A stretch of 62,453 bases of DNA, the filler included, from Rhabdomonas costata (taxonomy: Eukaryota): the NCBI GenBank assembly GCA_019059605.1. It is 28 parts of 28 records of this genome, joined end to end, with 100 filler letters (N's around TTAATTAATTAA, not from the genome) between each part and the next. Parts side by side here need not be neighbours in the genome. Positions count along the whole stretch, not along the records: positions 11,179 to 13,314 come from JAHMHO010005376.1; positions 13,415 to 15,549 come from JAHMHO010005377.1; positions 15,650 to 17,784 come from JAHMHO010005378.1; positions 17,885 to 20,019 come from JAHMHO010005379.1; positions 20,120 to 22,254 come from JAHMHO010005380.1; positions 22,355 to 24,489 come from JAHMHO010005381.1; positions 24,590 to 26,723 come from JAHMHO010005382.1; 21 more parts are not named here. The stretch is one strand, 5' to 3'. This document shows positions 12,961 to 25,263 of the stretch, piece after piece. Position numbers and translations under genes: made by a program. Each line of letters starts with the position of its first letter. Position 1 is the stretch's first letter. Under the pieces are notes generated by a model. The model worked only from the letters and a program-made list of their open reading frames with translations, had not been told where the DNA came from and did no database searches.

Positions 12961-14210
12961 CTTACGAGCCCTGTGACTCCTGAGGGGAGAGTGGGGACTC
13001 ATCCGCACACGCGGAAATCAGAAAAAAGCACGAAATTCCCTTTGCAGTGATTTGAGTTTTGTTTTGTGCCGGGAAAATCGCTGCCTATGCAAGGATTGAG
13101 ATGATGAACTCGTGAGATTGGGATATGAGTATAATGAGCTTCAACCCTTCACACCAACAAACGCACATCGGCTTCACCCGTCACCCAGGTGCAGATCCGC
13201 GTGACCCCCCACACCCACCCATGCACTCCCCTCTACAAACTTGTCGTCGGGGCGCCTTTTCCTCCGCCGTGACCGGGCACCAAACTCCCCGTCACTGCAT
13301 CCCTCCCCACAACCNNNNNNNNNNNNNNNNNNNNNNNNNNNNNNNNNNNNNNNNNNNNTTAATTAATTAANNNNNNNNNNNNNNNNNNNNNNNNNNNNNN
13401 NNNNNNNNNNNNNNTTTTGGTGTGATTTTCGACGTCCTGCAAAAGAATGGTATTTGTGTGATTTACGGAATCGAGTTTCTGTTTGCGCACGCAATCACAT
13501 TTTCAAGCGGGACAAACAGCTGTCCCCAGTCAAAATAAATTTGGCAATTTCGCGAAGTTCAGAAAATGGCACTTGCAATGTGTTCTTGTAAGATTGGCGG
13601 AGATGTTGCTCATAGCAGTGGCGAACGCCTGGGAGCTTTGGTCCCCTCCTCGAACCCCGCACCAGCCGCAGGCAAAGTGAGCCCTCAGCGAAGCAGGCTC
13701 CCCGGCTCGGTCCTTGGTTGCTGAGGACAGAGAGCAGGGGTGGCGGGTGTATGCCCGTCAGTGAGTTCTCTCTGGAAGTTTTGTATTTTCTAGGTAGTGT
13801 TTTAGCCAGGGAACTCCAAATCCTTTCCCTTTCTCTCTCTCCGTCTCTTTCTGTTCTCGGGCCCCTTTGCTCCGCAGTCCAGATATTCCAGATAGTCCAG
13901 ATATTATGTACTTCTCTCCTACGTCACCCCAATATTTGTCTTCTCCGTTGTTTTTGTCGCCATCATCTCTATGTTGCACCATATGGCAGCACTTGTTTGA
14001 TGAGGGCAGCAGTTGGTTGGCGGGGGGATGTCTTGTGTTTGCCTCCCCCTCACTTTGTTTTTTCTCCTTGCCTCTCCTTATAAAGGAAACACCCCCGTTT
14101 CTCCCACTCCCAGGGTTTTGGTAGAGTTGTTTCGTGCTTCTCTTTATCTGTGTCGTGGACCAAGGTTGACTGAATGCGTGTTGCCGATATCGTCTCTTTT
14201 TTTTTTGCAG

Positions 14211-14984
14211 ACTACAAATTCGAGACCTTTTACCTGAACCCAGGACCCGGAAAGGTGGTTGCTGAATCTTTGTTGACCGAGTTCACCTTCAATTTCAAAT
14301 GCAACCTGGTTCTCCACGACCGGGACGGCAAAGCCCTGGCCTCGCTTTTGGCAACGGCTGGGTATCGCACTGCCTACATCCATCCCTCGGACCCTGTTGC
14401 CGTGATGCAGGGTTGCGCTGGCAATAAGTGGGCGCGAGTAAAGGGTCCGAATTTCGGTGCCGAGGCAGATTTGGTCTCCACCTCCACAGCTCTTCTCGCC
14501 CGCTCCAACATTTGTTCGCTTTGGGCCGATGACGACGACGACGAAGAAGACAAGGACCGCATCAAGTGCCCTGTCAAATGGTCCATTTTGTACCAAGAGC
14601 CACCCAAGGCAACTCCTATTCCTGGGGCCCCTCGCGTTGCGAAGCCCCTGAAATTCAGGAATGGTGGTGTGGACTCGCAGATCACGATTCAGCGTATAAT
14701 CTGGGTTCACAGCGCAGGAGACAAGGAATCGGGATATGATGACTTCTTCGACTCCACCCTGGCCTCGTTGGAGGACTATGGCATTGAAGTGAAGAGGGTG
14801 TCCGGAACCAAGGAGTGCCTCGAGTGTCTCGAAGGTGATTGGGCCGACGCGAACTTTGTCATCACCAGTCTATTCGTGAAACTTGGCGACAAGCCGGGAG
14901 AGATTGCCGACAGCGGCCACGAGGTCGTCTACCAGGTGCTTTCTCAGCCCGCGGTCAGGGAGGAGAGGAGCTGGCAAAAGATTG
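14211..14984 (+). CDS. Large exon of an unidentified protein with a C-terminal receiver(REC)-like fold
   Basis: Polypyrimidine-CAG acceptor, 774-nt open frame, G|GT donor. IIWVH...LEDYGIEV...ECLECL...FVITSL...SGHEVV follows the REC beta/alpha pattern. Confidence 0.5.
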
Positions 14985-15649
14985 GTATATTCAAGGCAAT
15001 TTCACACACACATACACACACGAAATGAGGAAGGAAAATATAACGGACGTTGCAAACAGATGTAAGTTCCCAGGAAACCTGACGCCGCATGAATGAACGG
15101 CTTGTGCGTGGTTGCAAACCTTGAATGGGATCAGCTTCGCCAGCTTCTGCAGCACAAGCCCCCGCGACACGCATGGCCCCACGACGGTGAACGCCCTCTG
15201 GGTCTGAGTCCCCATCGGCCCAAAGGTGGCCGGCCTGAACCGAGAAACAATGAAAAGGGGATTGGCGTGGAAAGTCGCGCTTGGCATTCGTTGCTCCCGA
15301 TCTCTGTGCTGACTCCTTGTGCTGAGCGGAGCTTAAAAACAATATCAAGCATTGTCACCTTGGCAGCCGCGACACTCTCAGTGGCAGGTGCTGTGTGTCC
15401 TCTGGATTCGGGTACCACAGCGGTGGCTGCTCTACCCCTCTCTACCCCTTAGGAGACCAAGCCGTGGCATGCTCCGCCTGTGGCGCTCATGTAGCGCACA
15501 ACGGCCTCCGCGAAGTGTGCCGTTTGGCAGGTCTGACCCACCACCCCACNNNNNNNNNNNNNNNNNNNNNNNNNNNNNNNNNNNNNNNNNNNNTTAATTA
15601 ATTAANNNNNNNNNNNNNNNNNNNNNNNNNNNNNNNNNNNNNNNNNNNN

Positions 15650-16207
15650 GGTTTGACTGTGGGACGCGCTCCAGAGACGTTGGTTGCACTTATTCTGGAT
15701 TCTGAAAAGTTGGTGACAAGCCACCTGCTCGCTAGATGTGGACTGCTGCCGGGCAACATCCATATTACCAATGTTCTTCTTGAAAGTGCTTCCCCCTTTG
15801 TCCTTCACAAATGCTTCCTAGGTGATTTTCTGGCATACACAGGCCTTCAGTTTGACGTCTCATGGTTCGACTATTGCTGTGCGTGGACCGGGGACCCGCA
15901 GATGGGTATTTATCCTGAACGGGACGTAACCCTTTTCTTTGAACGCAGGCTCGCGCGCGAAAAAAGCGTGTTTGCCCTCACTGTTCAGTACTGTCATACC
16001 GTGGTTGAGTGGGTGCATCAGACTTTGAATACGGTGATCCAGGTTATTCAGAATCTTGCATGGCGTCATGGATGGCGGGCGGAGCTACTGCCATGGCGCA
16101 TCTACCATGGCATGCTTTTTGTGGCATTCCGGCTTCATCAGACTGGTCCCGTCTCCGAATCCCAGTCCGTGGCTGCTTCCCTCTTGTCCTCTTGTGACAC
16201 AACTTGA
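15650..16207 (+). CDS. Intronless 5'-partial ORF, Rossmann/methyltransferase-like orphan
   Basis: ALILDSEKLVTSHLL..G...NIHITN...FLGDFL...FDVSWFDYC...DVTLFF...VFALTV...MLFVAFRL matches class-I methyltransferase strand spacing (inference). Confidence 0.4.
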   Translation, partial: GLTVGRAPETLVALILDSEKLVTSHLLARCGLLPGNIHITNVLLESASPFVLHKCFLGDFLAYTGLQFDVSWFDYCCAWTGDPQMGIYPERDVTLFFERRLAREKSVFALTVQYCHTVVEWVHQTLNTVIQVIQNLAWRHGWRAELLPWRIYHGMLFVAFRLHQTGPVSESQSVAASLLSSCDTT

Positions 16208-16570
16208 GAACCTTAGGTACAGAGATTGTGTGATTAGGAGACTTGGGTTAAAGGGGAAGGAAGAAGGACGGAGCGTTACGTCCAGTCGGGCTCCGCTGAC
16301 TGTTGGCTGGAGCTGGTGTAAGATGAAATTGCCTTTGGAAGGATTTTGAATGGTTTGCGTCACCGATTGCGGCGAGTGGTTTGGTGTGAGACTCTTTTGT
16401 CCCCCCGCTATTCACTTCCACCCCCGTGATCGCATGGGAGCGTTTTAGTGTTGCGTACATTTTCTCATGCACTTTTGTCAAGTTGCTCTCACTCGAGGGA
16501 TGTTTCGCCCAGGAATGGCTTTAGTTGTTGGAAGAAGTTAAAGGTGAAGGAAATTTTTTCATGCGCTTGG

Positions 16571-16612
16571 TTGAGTAGCGAACGCCATTCATGAATGGCG
16601 TTCGCTACTCAA
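16571..16612. repeat. Perfect 42-bp palindrome with no spacer
   Basis: TTGAGTAGCGAACGCCATTCA|TGAATGGCGTTCGCTACTCAA; the arms are exact reverse complements. Confidence 0.97.
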
Positions 16613-17884
16613 GGATGAGTTGGGTGGTACAAAATGTCCATAGCCAGTGATTTTGGTGTTCTCATTTTTCATGCAGCGATTTTTTCACCGCTCACTCAAA
16701 CGACATTTACATGGCTTCCGTCCCCGGGTTCTTTTGGTCATTGTGCTGGATTGTTCTGATCGTGGTGATTGCGTGGCCAGTTGGAGCGCTGTGCGCCGGG
16801 ATTTATGGTGCGGATGCTTTTTGCCTGTTTTTTTCCTGAAAGCAAATTTGGTTGAGGTGTGGTTGGTGCTGTTTTGGGGGTTTGTTTGCTGCCGCTATTT
16901 GTTTTGTGGAAAAAAGGGCAAAAGTCCTGTATGGTGGGCGCAGCATCCATGAGCCCCATGACCGCCTTGGACTTTGGACGGGCCTTGTCGACCGTCTGAG
17001 TTGAACCTGAGGCGTCATTTATGTATGTAAGGTGCACGAAAAACCAGCTGATTGAGTTTTGGATGGGTATCATGCCTCTCTTGGCTCTGCCGGGTTTACA
17101 GCAAGCGGGGAAGGTGGTAATGCTTTATTGTTTTGGTCTTTTGGTGGTGTTTGGAATCGCCCACTCCCCGCAGTGCTGGTTTCCCCCTTGGCCGCCTTCA
17201 TGCCGATCGCGAAGGATCTTGCGGAGTGGTTGCATCGAGGAGTTCAGCTTCCTTATGACTGGGGTTACAACTGCAGGAACGGAACGGCTCTCTGCTCCTA
17301 AATGCAGAACACCAGGGCCTGGGGTGTTCAATGCTTTGGGGACTCACCCACACCTGGCAAACTCTCTTCTCATTCGGTTCGTCAAAGCCTTTTCGCATAG
17401 TTGCCGTGTGCCCCCTAACGCCTAACCCCAACTCTCAATCGTTCTCCCTGTGATTCTTCTGTCCGCCAGCTCATTTTTCCGCGATCCATGCAACTTTTCA
17501 TCCTCTTCGGTCTCGTTCAGTGGCAGGGAAATTCAGCCCAGGGTTCACAAATTGTTATTACAAAGTGAGAAAGTCCTCTCAACAGTCTTCTAGTGCGTGC
17601 GAGCTGGCTGAGGAATGGGAAGTGTGTACCCCGATGAGGTTGAAACAGCTGGACGAAGATGCAACAGTGTTAATGTAGGATGTTAGAAGTTGGAAAAGCA
17701 GCGCGCAGAAGATCAACGGTCCGAATAGAGCCTTATTGGCACAATTCCTATGTCCTTTTCCGTCGATAATTATCGGTGAAAATTNNNNNNNNNNNNNNNN
17801 NNNNNNNNNNNNNNNNNNNNNNNNNNNNTTAATTAATTAANNNNNNNNNNNNNNNNNNNNNNNNNNNNNNNNNNNNNNNNNNNN

Positions 17885-19833
17885 GCAAAATGCCTCCTTC
17901 AAAAGCCACTTGGCATGCCCGCCCAAACTGAATGTGTGGCAGTGATTCAGGGACCAATGCAGGGCATCTAAGAGAGCGATGGGGCACCGACCACCCATCA
18001 GGGTGACTGCCGCACCGTCCTCAAACACCGTGGACGGGGGACCCGAGCTCAGAATTCGGTCCACAACATCCCACCAGCCCAAAAGAACTGCACCCATAAT
18101 CATCGGGCACTCCACCCGGGCTTTTAAGTGGTATTTGTCCCACAGCAGTGCCCTATCTCCCAAGGAGGTCAAGAAAGCTCCTGCTCGGTGAAGGTCGTTC
18201 CGCCAAACCACAGCCCCTCGGGACACCCCGCACTCCGGGGCAAGGTCGAGCAGAGCTCCCACTGCGCACCTCCACCCCCGAGACAGCCAGAGCATACCAA
18301 CTCCGGTGAGACTCCCCACAACCGTACCCTCCCTGAGCTCCAGCCGAGGCCGACTCGCCTCCTCTTCAAGAAGAGCCAGAGCTGCAGCCTCGCTGTCACA
18401 AGCTTGCAGCACGGCGACCAGGCTCGGGGGTCGCCACCGCAGCTCCCACGAGCGGAAAGCGGCGCACAGCTGCCGGTACACCCCAAGCTCCCCGCGGTGG
18501 ATACACGTCAGCAGAAGGTGAGCCACCCAGGAGGTCCCCGAGGGGGCGGCCAGCAAGGTGCCTAGCAGAAGTTTTCGGGCGGACTCCCCAAGGTCCAATG
18601 CGAGATCCTCGAAAGCTTGCCACCTTGGGCAGCCCCCCAGGGTGGTCTCTTCTGGAAGGTCGGCCTGGACCCAGCAAATCCGGGGGAAGCCAATGAGAAA
18701 GAACAGAAGAGTGGTGCTGGTGTATACCGTGGTCCGCGGTAACAGCCACCCCACGGGCAACTTACAGGCGGAGGTGTCCTCGTCCCCAGCAAACCCTAGG
18801 CAGTGCCTTAGACATCCGGCCGGATGGGGAACAGCACGAAGTACGTCCACCAGCACAGGAAACTTCTCAGGGTGTGACAGACATTCCCGCAACGCCCTCA
18901 GCGCCAGGCAGCTCACTGCTGGACGGTGCCCTGAGCGGGAAGGTATCCACCAGCCCGCCTCGACGGACAGGCAAACCGCCTCAGCTGCACGAATACTCGC
19001 TAGCCAGCCCATGCAGGTTGAGGACCCGCGCCACCACGTGTCCAGCGGTGGTAGCAGGCGGGCCAATCCTTGCACCAGGCAAGCAATAGCAGCCCGTAGC
19101 GACGGCACATCCACGATCCTTAGAACCTGGAGTGGGGCCTCATCCCCCGAGGGCTCAGCGCTGGACAGTTGGAGGCTTGATTTCTTGGTTGAGAAGCTCA
19201 CCAGGGACTTCGAGCACGGGCACCCGCAGCGGCGCAGGAGGGCCAGGGTGAGTTCCATGCTTCCAGCTTGGGACAGGGCCAGCGCGCAGGTCCTGAGGTA
19301 AATTGAACAGGGTGGTGAGGCAGGAAAGCACACGTTTCGGACAAGTCTGAATTACCAGGCAACCGCTACTTGCCATGTAGGCATTGCTATCCTGATACAA
19401 CGCAATCCTCCCCAACGAAAACCAGGCAGCACCTGCATATGGGTTCACAAAGGGGACTCAACAACTTCGGGGCCAGCACGGCGAGCAGGCATCCTCGTGA
19501 GACCGCCTGCAGCAACAGCTGGCAAACCCGCAGTAACCGGAGCATCGCCTCTTCGGTGAGACCCTCGCAGTGTGCCCACTGGTGAAGCACCTCCTCCACA
19601 ACGGCAGTCTGGCCAGACAGCACCGCCGCCAGCGCCCGGTTTGCCGTGAGAAGGCCCACCCAATTCTTCTGGAGAGGAGTAAGGGTGCTTGCGTGAAGCA
19701 GCCCAAGCTCTAGGCGGGCAAGAGTGGCCCCTTGCTCGGGATCCACACTGCTGGGAGCTGACCCAGAAAGCAGCAGCGAGCAGTGCCCCAGGAGGAAAAC
19801 CTCGGGATGGAGGCCAAGGTAGATCCTCCCGAA
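17885..19833 (-). CDS. Unidentified Leu/Ala-rich helical protein, partial; exons approx. 19433-19833 and 17885-19292
   Basis: Two long ORFs in different frames are joined in frame by a phase-2 GT-AG intron at 19293-19432. No family recognised. Confidence 0.55.
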
Positions 19834-22354
19834 CTGAAAGCAAAACAGAAAGATGACTTTATTTGGGGGAAGGCAAGTGGTGTGGGGGGTATATGACTTC
19901 ATTTTGGGGAAGGCGATGTAAGGCAGGAGTACGGAGCTGAGCGCACGGAGAGAGCCGACACGGCGGGTATACACCCCCCATCGCCTTCCCCCAATTAAGT
20001 CATTCACGCCCCCCACACANNNNNNNNNNNNNNNNNNNNNNNNNNNNNNNNNNNNNNNNNNNNTTAATTAATTAANNNNNNNNNNNNNNNNNNNNNNNNN
20101 NNNNNNNNNNNNNNNNNNNGTGTACCGTGCTTCAATCCGTAACTGCTACTCTGTACGTCTGGATTTTGAATCCACTGGTTCACGCTGTTGGAGGCTCCGA
20201 TAGGTTTGCCACGATAACCGGTGCGAGATAATTAGAAGTTTCTAGCGCAAAACTGGCATTCCCCCCAACGTTTTAGTTCGAGACTCCGTCCCCTGGTTCC
20301 ATTTTTGCGGGAGAAATTTCATTTGTGCTGCATCACGATCCATATTCACAAATGCTTGCTTCAGGTACTGAAAACGCTACTGAGCATCCAGGCGCTCAGA
20401 TGGGCAAATTTTAGAAACCTCTTGTCCGTAAAATCCCCCAATGAGGGTGAAGGTTGCAATGGAAACGTTGCATGAGTGGCGTTCACTATCATGAATAGCA
20501 CCCGATACTCAGCCGTGCACATATTGTTTTTCTTACTTTTATCTTCCACCATGTCACAGAACCCTTCCACAGTTGAAGCATTTGTCAACTCGATACAAGT
20601 GCATGAGAAATTTACACAACACAAAAGGCGTAAAACACTTCAACGTGGCCTGAGCCAAACACCTTAGAGCCCCACACGTGCCCCTGGAATCGCAACAGAA
20701 GGCCAGTAGATTGAAGGCTTCACCAAGGCCGCCCCTCCCCCCTCCTTTTTTTTCTCGTGCGGTAGCCTTTTCTGTTGTTCTGTTGGGGTGTGCGCTTCGG
20801 TGTGTGTTTCGGTAGGCGTGTAGTGTGGGTACGAGATGGACCTCAGCTGTCGGGAGTCGGGAAGGGAGCCCCCTGGGAGCACCCTCCCTGTCACCCTGGC
20901 CCTAGGGCTGGCCTCGCAAGACTCGGAGGCCAGCGTGCCCACGGCACAGCTGCGGCGCGCTCTGCTGCGGTTCGGGCTGCCCGTGGTGCTGACCTCCGGC
21001 GCGATAAAGGGCAGCTGCATGTGGAGGTGCCTTCGTTTTGTTTTTTGTGACCCAGATCACAGTTGCCTGGAAAAATTAAGGCTCACGTTACAAGCCTGCA
21101 AAGGTCCAAAACGTGTCCCCCAGTCGAAAGGCACCGACTATGGCTCCGGTCTCAACCAGCGATAAGTGAAGGTCTGATCTGAAAGAAGTGGCCCGGATGC
21201 TGGCTGAGGAGGATAGATCGGTGCTGCCGAAAGACGCCCAGCACCAGCCCGTCTAGGTTAGAATTAAATGTCAAAAGAGCTCTTCATCAGCTCCTCCTGT
21301 GAGTAGGCAACAAATGCCAGGCCCCAAGGCGCTAGGTGCCCAGCTGTGCAATCCATTGCGAAACGTGAACCATATCCGATTTTCATCGATCAATGCTGAG
21401 GGGCGGGAAGGGTGGTTGCGCTGCCGTTGAGAACTGGCTGTGGTTTGCATTTATGTCGATCTCGTGTGCCAAACCTGTATACGCTCAGTTGCACAACTAC
21501 TGCTGCTTTCAGGAAGCAGGTGAGGACTGTGATGAAGCGATGCTTCGCCGTCTTTCCTGTGATCACAATGCGGTATGCACATTTAGACAGTTGTATACTG
21601 GGGAACACCCACCCACCCATACACAGACGTAACACACACGTGAATGCACCTGGAACATCACCTTGCCGCTTGCAAACTGTGTGAGGAGGAACATCACACT
21701 GTGCATCTATCTTTTCTTACGCCTTTTTTATGTTTCCTCCTCGCAAATACTGGTGCCATTTCACCTGAAATGGCGGTTGCAAGACATTTTCAAGCCATCA
21801 TTTGAACTTGGTTTGGTTTGGAAGGTGGGGAATGCCGCTTTCTAATTGAAATGCATGTGGTTTTTTGTTATCTATTTACTTACATCTCCTGCTTCGCGCC
21901 TTATTACCGCAATGACACGACGTTATTTCCCAAAATTTACCGTAATTCATAGAGTTTTCTTCGGGTGATGAGGAAACCGAGCGGTATTGAGTATATTTTT
22001 GGAGTTGTTTTTGCTTGTTATGTCGAAAAGGGTGTCCCCCGCCCCACCATCGCCCCTTTCTTCTCGACAGGTGGTGCCTATTTGAGGAAAATGCTCTGGA
22101 GCTCTACTACGCCTTGCGGCAGTGCCTGTTGACTGGCTCCCCGGTAGAGTGAGCAATGTTAACCTGTGGGTGCACTTCTTCATTTGGCACCACTGTGGTC
22201 TTTGCGTGAATTCCAAAAAAATGATTCACAAGCAACAGGTATAGCCCCACAAACNNNNNNNNNNNNNNNNNNNNNNNNNNNNNNNNNNNNNNNNNNNNTT
22301 AATTAATTAANNNNNNNNNNNNNNNNNNNNNNNNNNNNNNNNNNNNNNNNNNNN

Positions 22355-22580
22355 CATTCCCCGCGAGGATGGACCGGATGACCCCCGCCACCAAGGAGGA
22401 GCTGGCCCGCCAGCACGCGCAAGAGGCGGTGCGGTCAATCCCCAGCTCGATGCCCGACATGTCGTTGGGCCGGCGCACGCTGGCGGATTGCCACTGTCGA
22501 AGGCGTAGAGCATGCCGTACAGCATGGGCCCACTCCGTGGTCGCAACCTTCAGCAGGTCGAAGGAGGTGTCGGAGGTGGT
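22355..22580 (-). mobile_element. Probable non-LTR retrotransposon fragment (post-RT region) downstream of the last visible eEF2 exon
   Basis: Frame reads FDLLKVATTEWAHAVRHALRLRQWQSASVRRPNDMSGIELGIDRTAS...VIRSILAG, resembling the RRxDMxG...GxDR...LRxILxG segment preceding the zinc finger in protist LINEs. It is not eEF2 sequence. Confidence 0.4.
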
Positions 22581-22761
22581 TCAGGGTTGAAGGCAGACGG
22601 GACATCGTGCTCTCCAACAGAATTTTTCGTCTGAGGTGCAACCTACATGAACTGAATTGCGAACGTCACCCCAACCCCAAATCCTGAGGCTGATGCTGTT
22701 TACTTTTATTGTATTATTGACCTCAAATACAGTTTCCCTTTGCTCAAGCAACCGCACCCAC

Positions 22762-24489
22762 CTTGGTGGCCCACTGCCAGGCCGCCACGAAGGAGTCCTT
22801 GACCTCGTTCATGTTAGCAACACCCTTGGTCATGTCAACGATCACGTTGGCCCCCTTCGTGTCAGGTCCGAAGCACCAGATCTTGCGGGCATCGCCGGCG
22901 TCCCAGTTGTAGGTATCCGCGAGGAACCGAGCTCGGGTCTTAGGGTCGTCGCGAGGCGTGACCTGTGGATGTGGACGCGCGCGCGTGCGTGTGTGTGTGC
23001 GAGTGTCTCTGCACGCCCTCATCCCAACGCCCGACGTGTCGTTCAGCAAAACAGCAGCCGTAAAAAAAAAAAAAAAGAGAAGAATCACGCCGCGCCAAGG
23101 CACCGTGTGTGCACACGCGTGGTGGTCATTCCATGTACTTAAAATGTACAGCTGGGGTGATGGATGTTCCCGCGGAGAGAAAGAAAGAAAACCAACACAT
23201 CAAGAAGAAGGAAGCCATCCCCTCCCCAAAAGCAGACGTGCCTTGTTGTTCTCAATGTCGTTGCACAGCTCCTCATCCAGGGGCTGGCCCTTGGCGAAGA
23301 TTCGGTTGTGCTTATTGGGGGACTTGCTCAGGGCAACATCCTCGGTGGGCTCGGTGATGGTCTCACGGAAGGACACCACGGGCTCGGAGATCTGTGAGGG
23401 TTGGTGGGGCAGCTAACCTGTGCCTGTGGCTTATCTTTTTGCGGTGATCAGAGGTCCAGGTCGAGGTTCCAACAGAGAGAGGGGAGAGTGTCCATTAACG
23501 TTTCCACAACAACACCAACTTGCCGCAGACAGAGACCCCCCCCCAGAATGGGATGGAAAACACCACGAGGAAAAACGGATGCTGGTGGGTACCTTCAGCT
23601 CGCAGCCCATGAAGTCGTCCTGCAGATCCTTCAGGCAGATTTCCAGGTGGAGCTCTCCTGCACCAGCAATGATGTGCTCGCCAGTCTCCTCAATCGTGCA
23701 CTGCACCAGGGGGTCGGACTTGGCCAACCGCTTCAAGCCCTGCGTTTTCGAAGAAGCTCAGAAGGGGCAGATGCAACCGGTAAAAGAACCCTCCACCGAG
23801 GCTGAGGGGCAAAAGAAAAAGGCATTTGCCATGCAAACGAGAAAACCCCGAAATTCAGACGGGATATTACTCGTTTTTTGGAGCCCATCCGGGACACGTG
23901 ACTGACCCAACCAAGGAGTAACCAGTGTTGTGATGAACCAGCTGACCAGAAAAACAAAGTAAACGGGGTAAAGACACGCAGCAATGTTTCATAGAAAAAA
24001 TGTTTATCAAGACTAGGATCAGTGGAGAAGGTGGTCCTTTGAGACAGCGGTCACAGGAAACCCACTTACAATGCATCCAGGGTAAATGAAAGGCGGGCTC
24101 TCTCCGGACAAAATGGACGAGGGTGGACGAAGGGAGGGGATACCTCAACCAGCTTGGGCAGGTCACCCGGGTTCTTGGGCTCAACGGCCACACGCACCAC
24201 AGGGGACACGCTGTACTTCATGTCCTGTGGAAAGAAAGAGAATCGGCGCTAAACTTGTGAAGGAGAGTTATCAAGAGCAAACGTATGGTTGCTTGTGCTG
24301 CAACAGTAAAATGCCTCTATTTAAAAGCTGATGTAAAGCGAATTTCGAGCGAATTCCGATTATAGCCCCGAGGAATGAGAGGCAGAAGTAAAGGAAAGAA
24401 AGCCACATTCCTTGATGGGGAACGCGTCCTTGGCGTCCTCCTCGGTAATGGTGGCGGTCTTGATGATGAACTGATCCACCCCGACCAAA
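22762..24489 (-). CDS. EEF2: Translation elongation factor eEF2, partial; exons 24411-24489, 24144-24224, 23593-23739, 23242-23391, 22762-22962
   Basis: Spliced: [14 protein letters not shown]...[41 protein letters not shown]...[19 protein letters not shown]...|[11 protein letters not shown]...[10 protein letters not shown]...|...[10 protein letters not shown]...[10 protein letters not shown]. Donors are GA, GT, GT, GC, GT. Confidence 0.98.
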
Positions 24490-25263
24490 NNNNNNNNNNN
24501 NNNNNNNNNNNNNNNNNNNNNNNNNNNNNNNNNTTAATTAATTAANNNNNNNNNNNNNNNNNNNNNNNNNNNNNNNNNNNNNNNNNNNNGGGGGGGTGTG
24601 TTCCCTTTTAATTTGTGCCGCGTCAGGGAGACCACTGCGCCGTTGCAGGCTTGAAAAGATTTTGGGGATGGAGCAATGCGAAATCATCCGCTGGGAGTTT
24701 TACTGGATCGTTCTTATGCAGAGCTGAATAGTGCTGTATGCACTACATTGCTTGTGTTGTTTGTGCTTATGTGTTCCGATCGTTGGTTTGCGTTATTATG
24801 TTTGGGAAGGGCACCATCCAGAGCGCATCCGATCGAATTCCAGCCCGGTTCCAGGAGGTTCTCTGTGCACCCGCTGACCCAAGTTTTTGTGCGAAGCGGG
24901 TGGAGCTGGGAGCAAGCAATGGCCAATCGCCTTTATCCAAGATTTCTGAGAGCTGGATGCAGTTCGGAGCTCGTGTGGATCTTTGCACTGGCCTGAGCCT
25001 TTGTGTTGAACTCGGCCTTTGAGGACTTTCTCGTGCCGACCGCGTGCTGTGGCGGCGAGCGCTGTGGGCGACATCCATTCATCAGCTGCAGTATTGCCTT
25101 AGCTTCGTGTTGAGTCATGGTGGTTTGATTTATCTTTGCTGTTTTCTGCGGCAGACTTTTGCAGTAAGCCTTCTTTCTGTGCCGTTGCCGTTTGTGTGTG
25201 CACGTGTGCCTCGCCGGTGAAGTTTTGGTGATTGTCTTGCTGATTGCAGCGGAAGGCCTCGAT

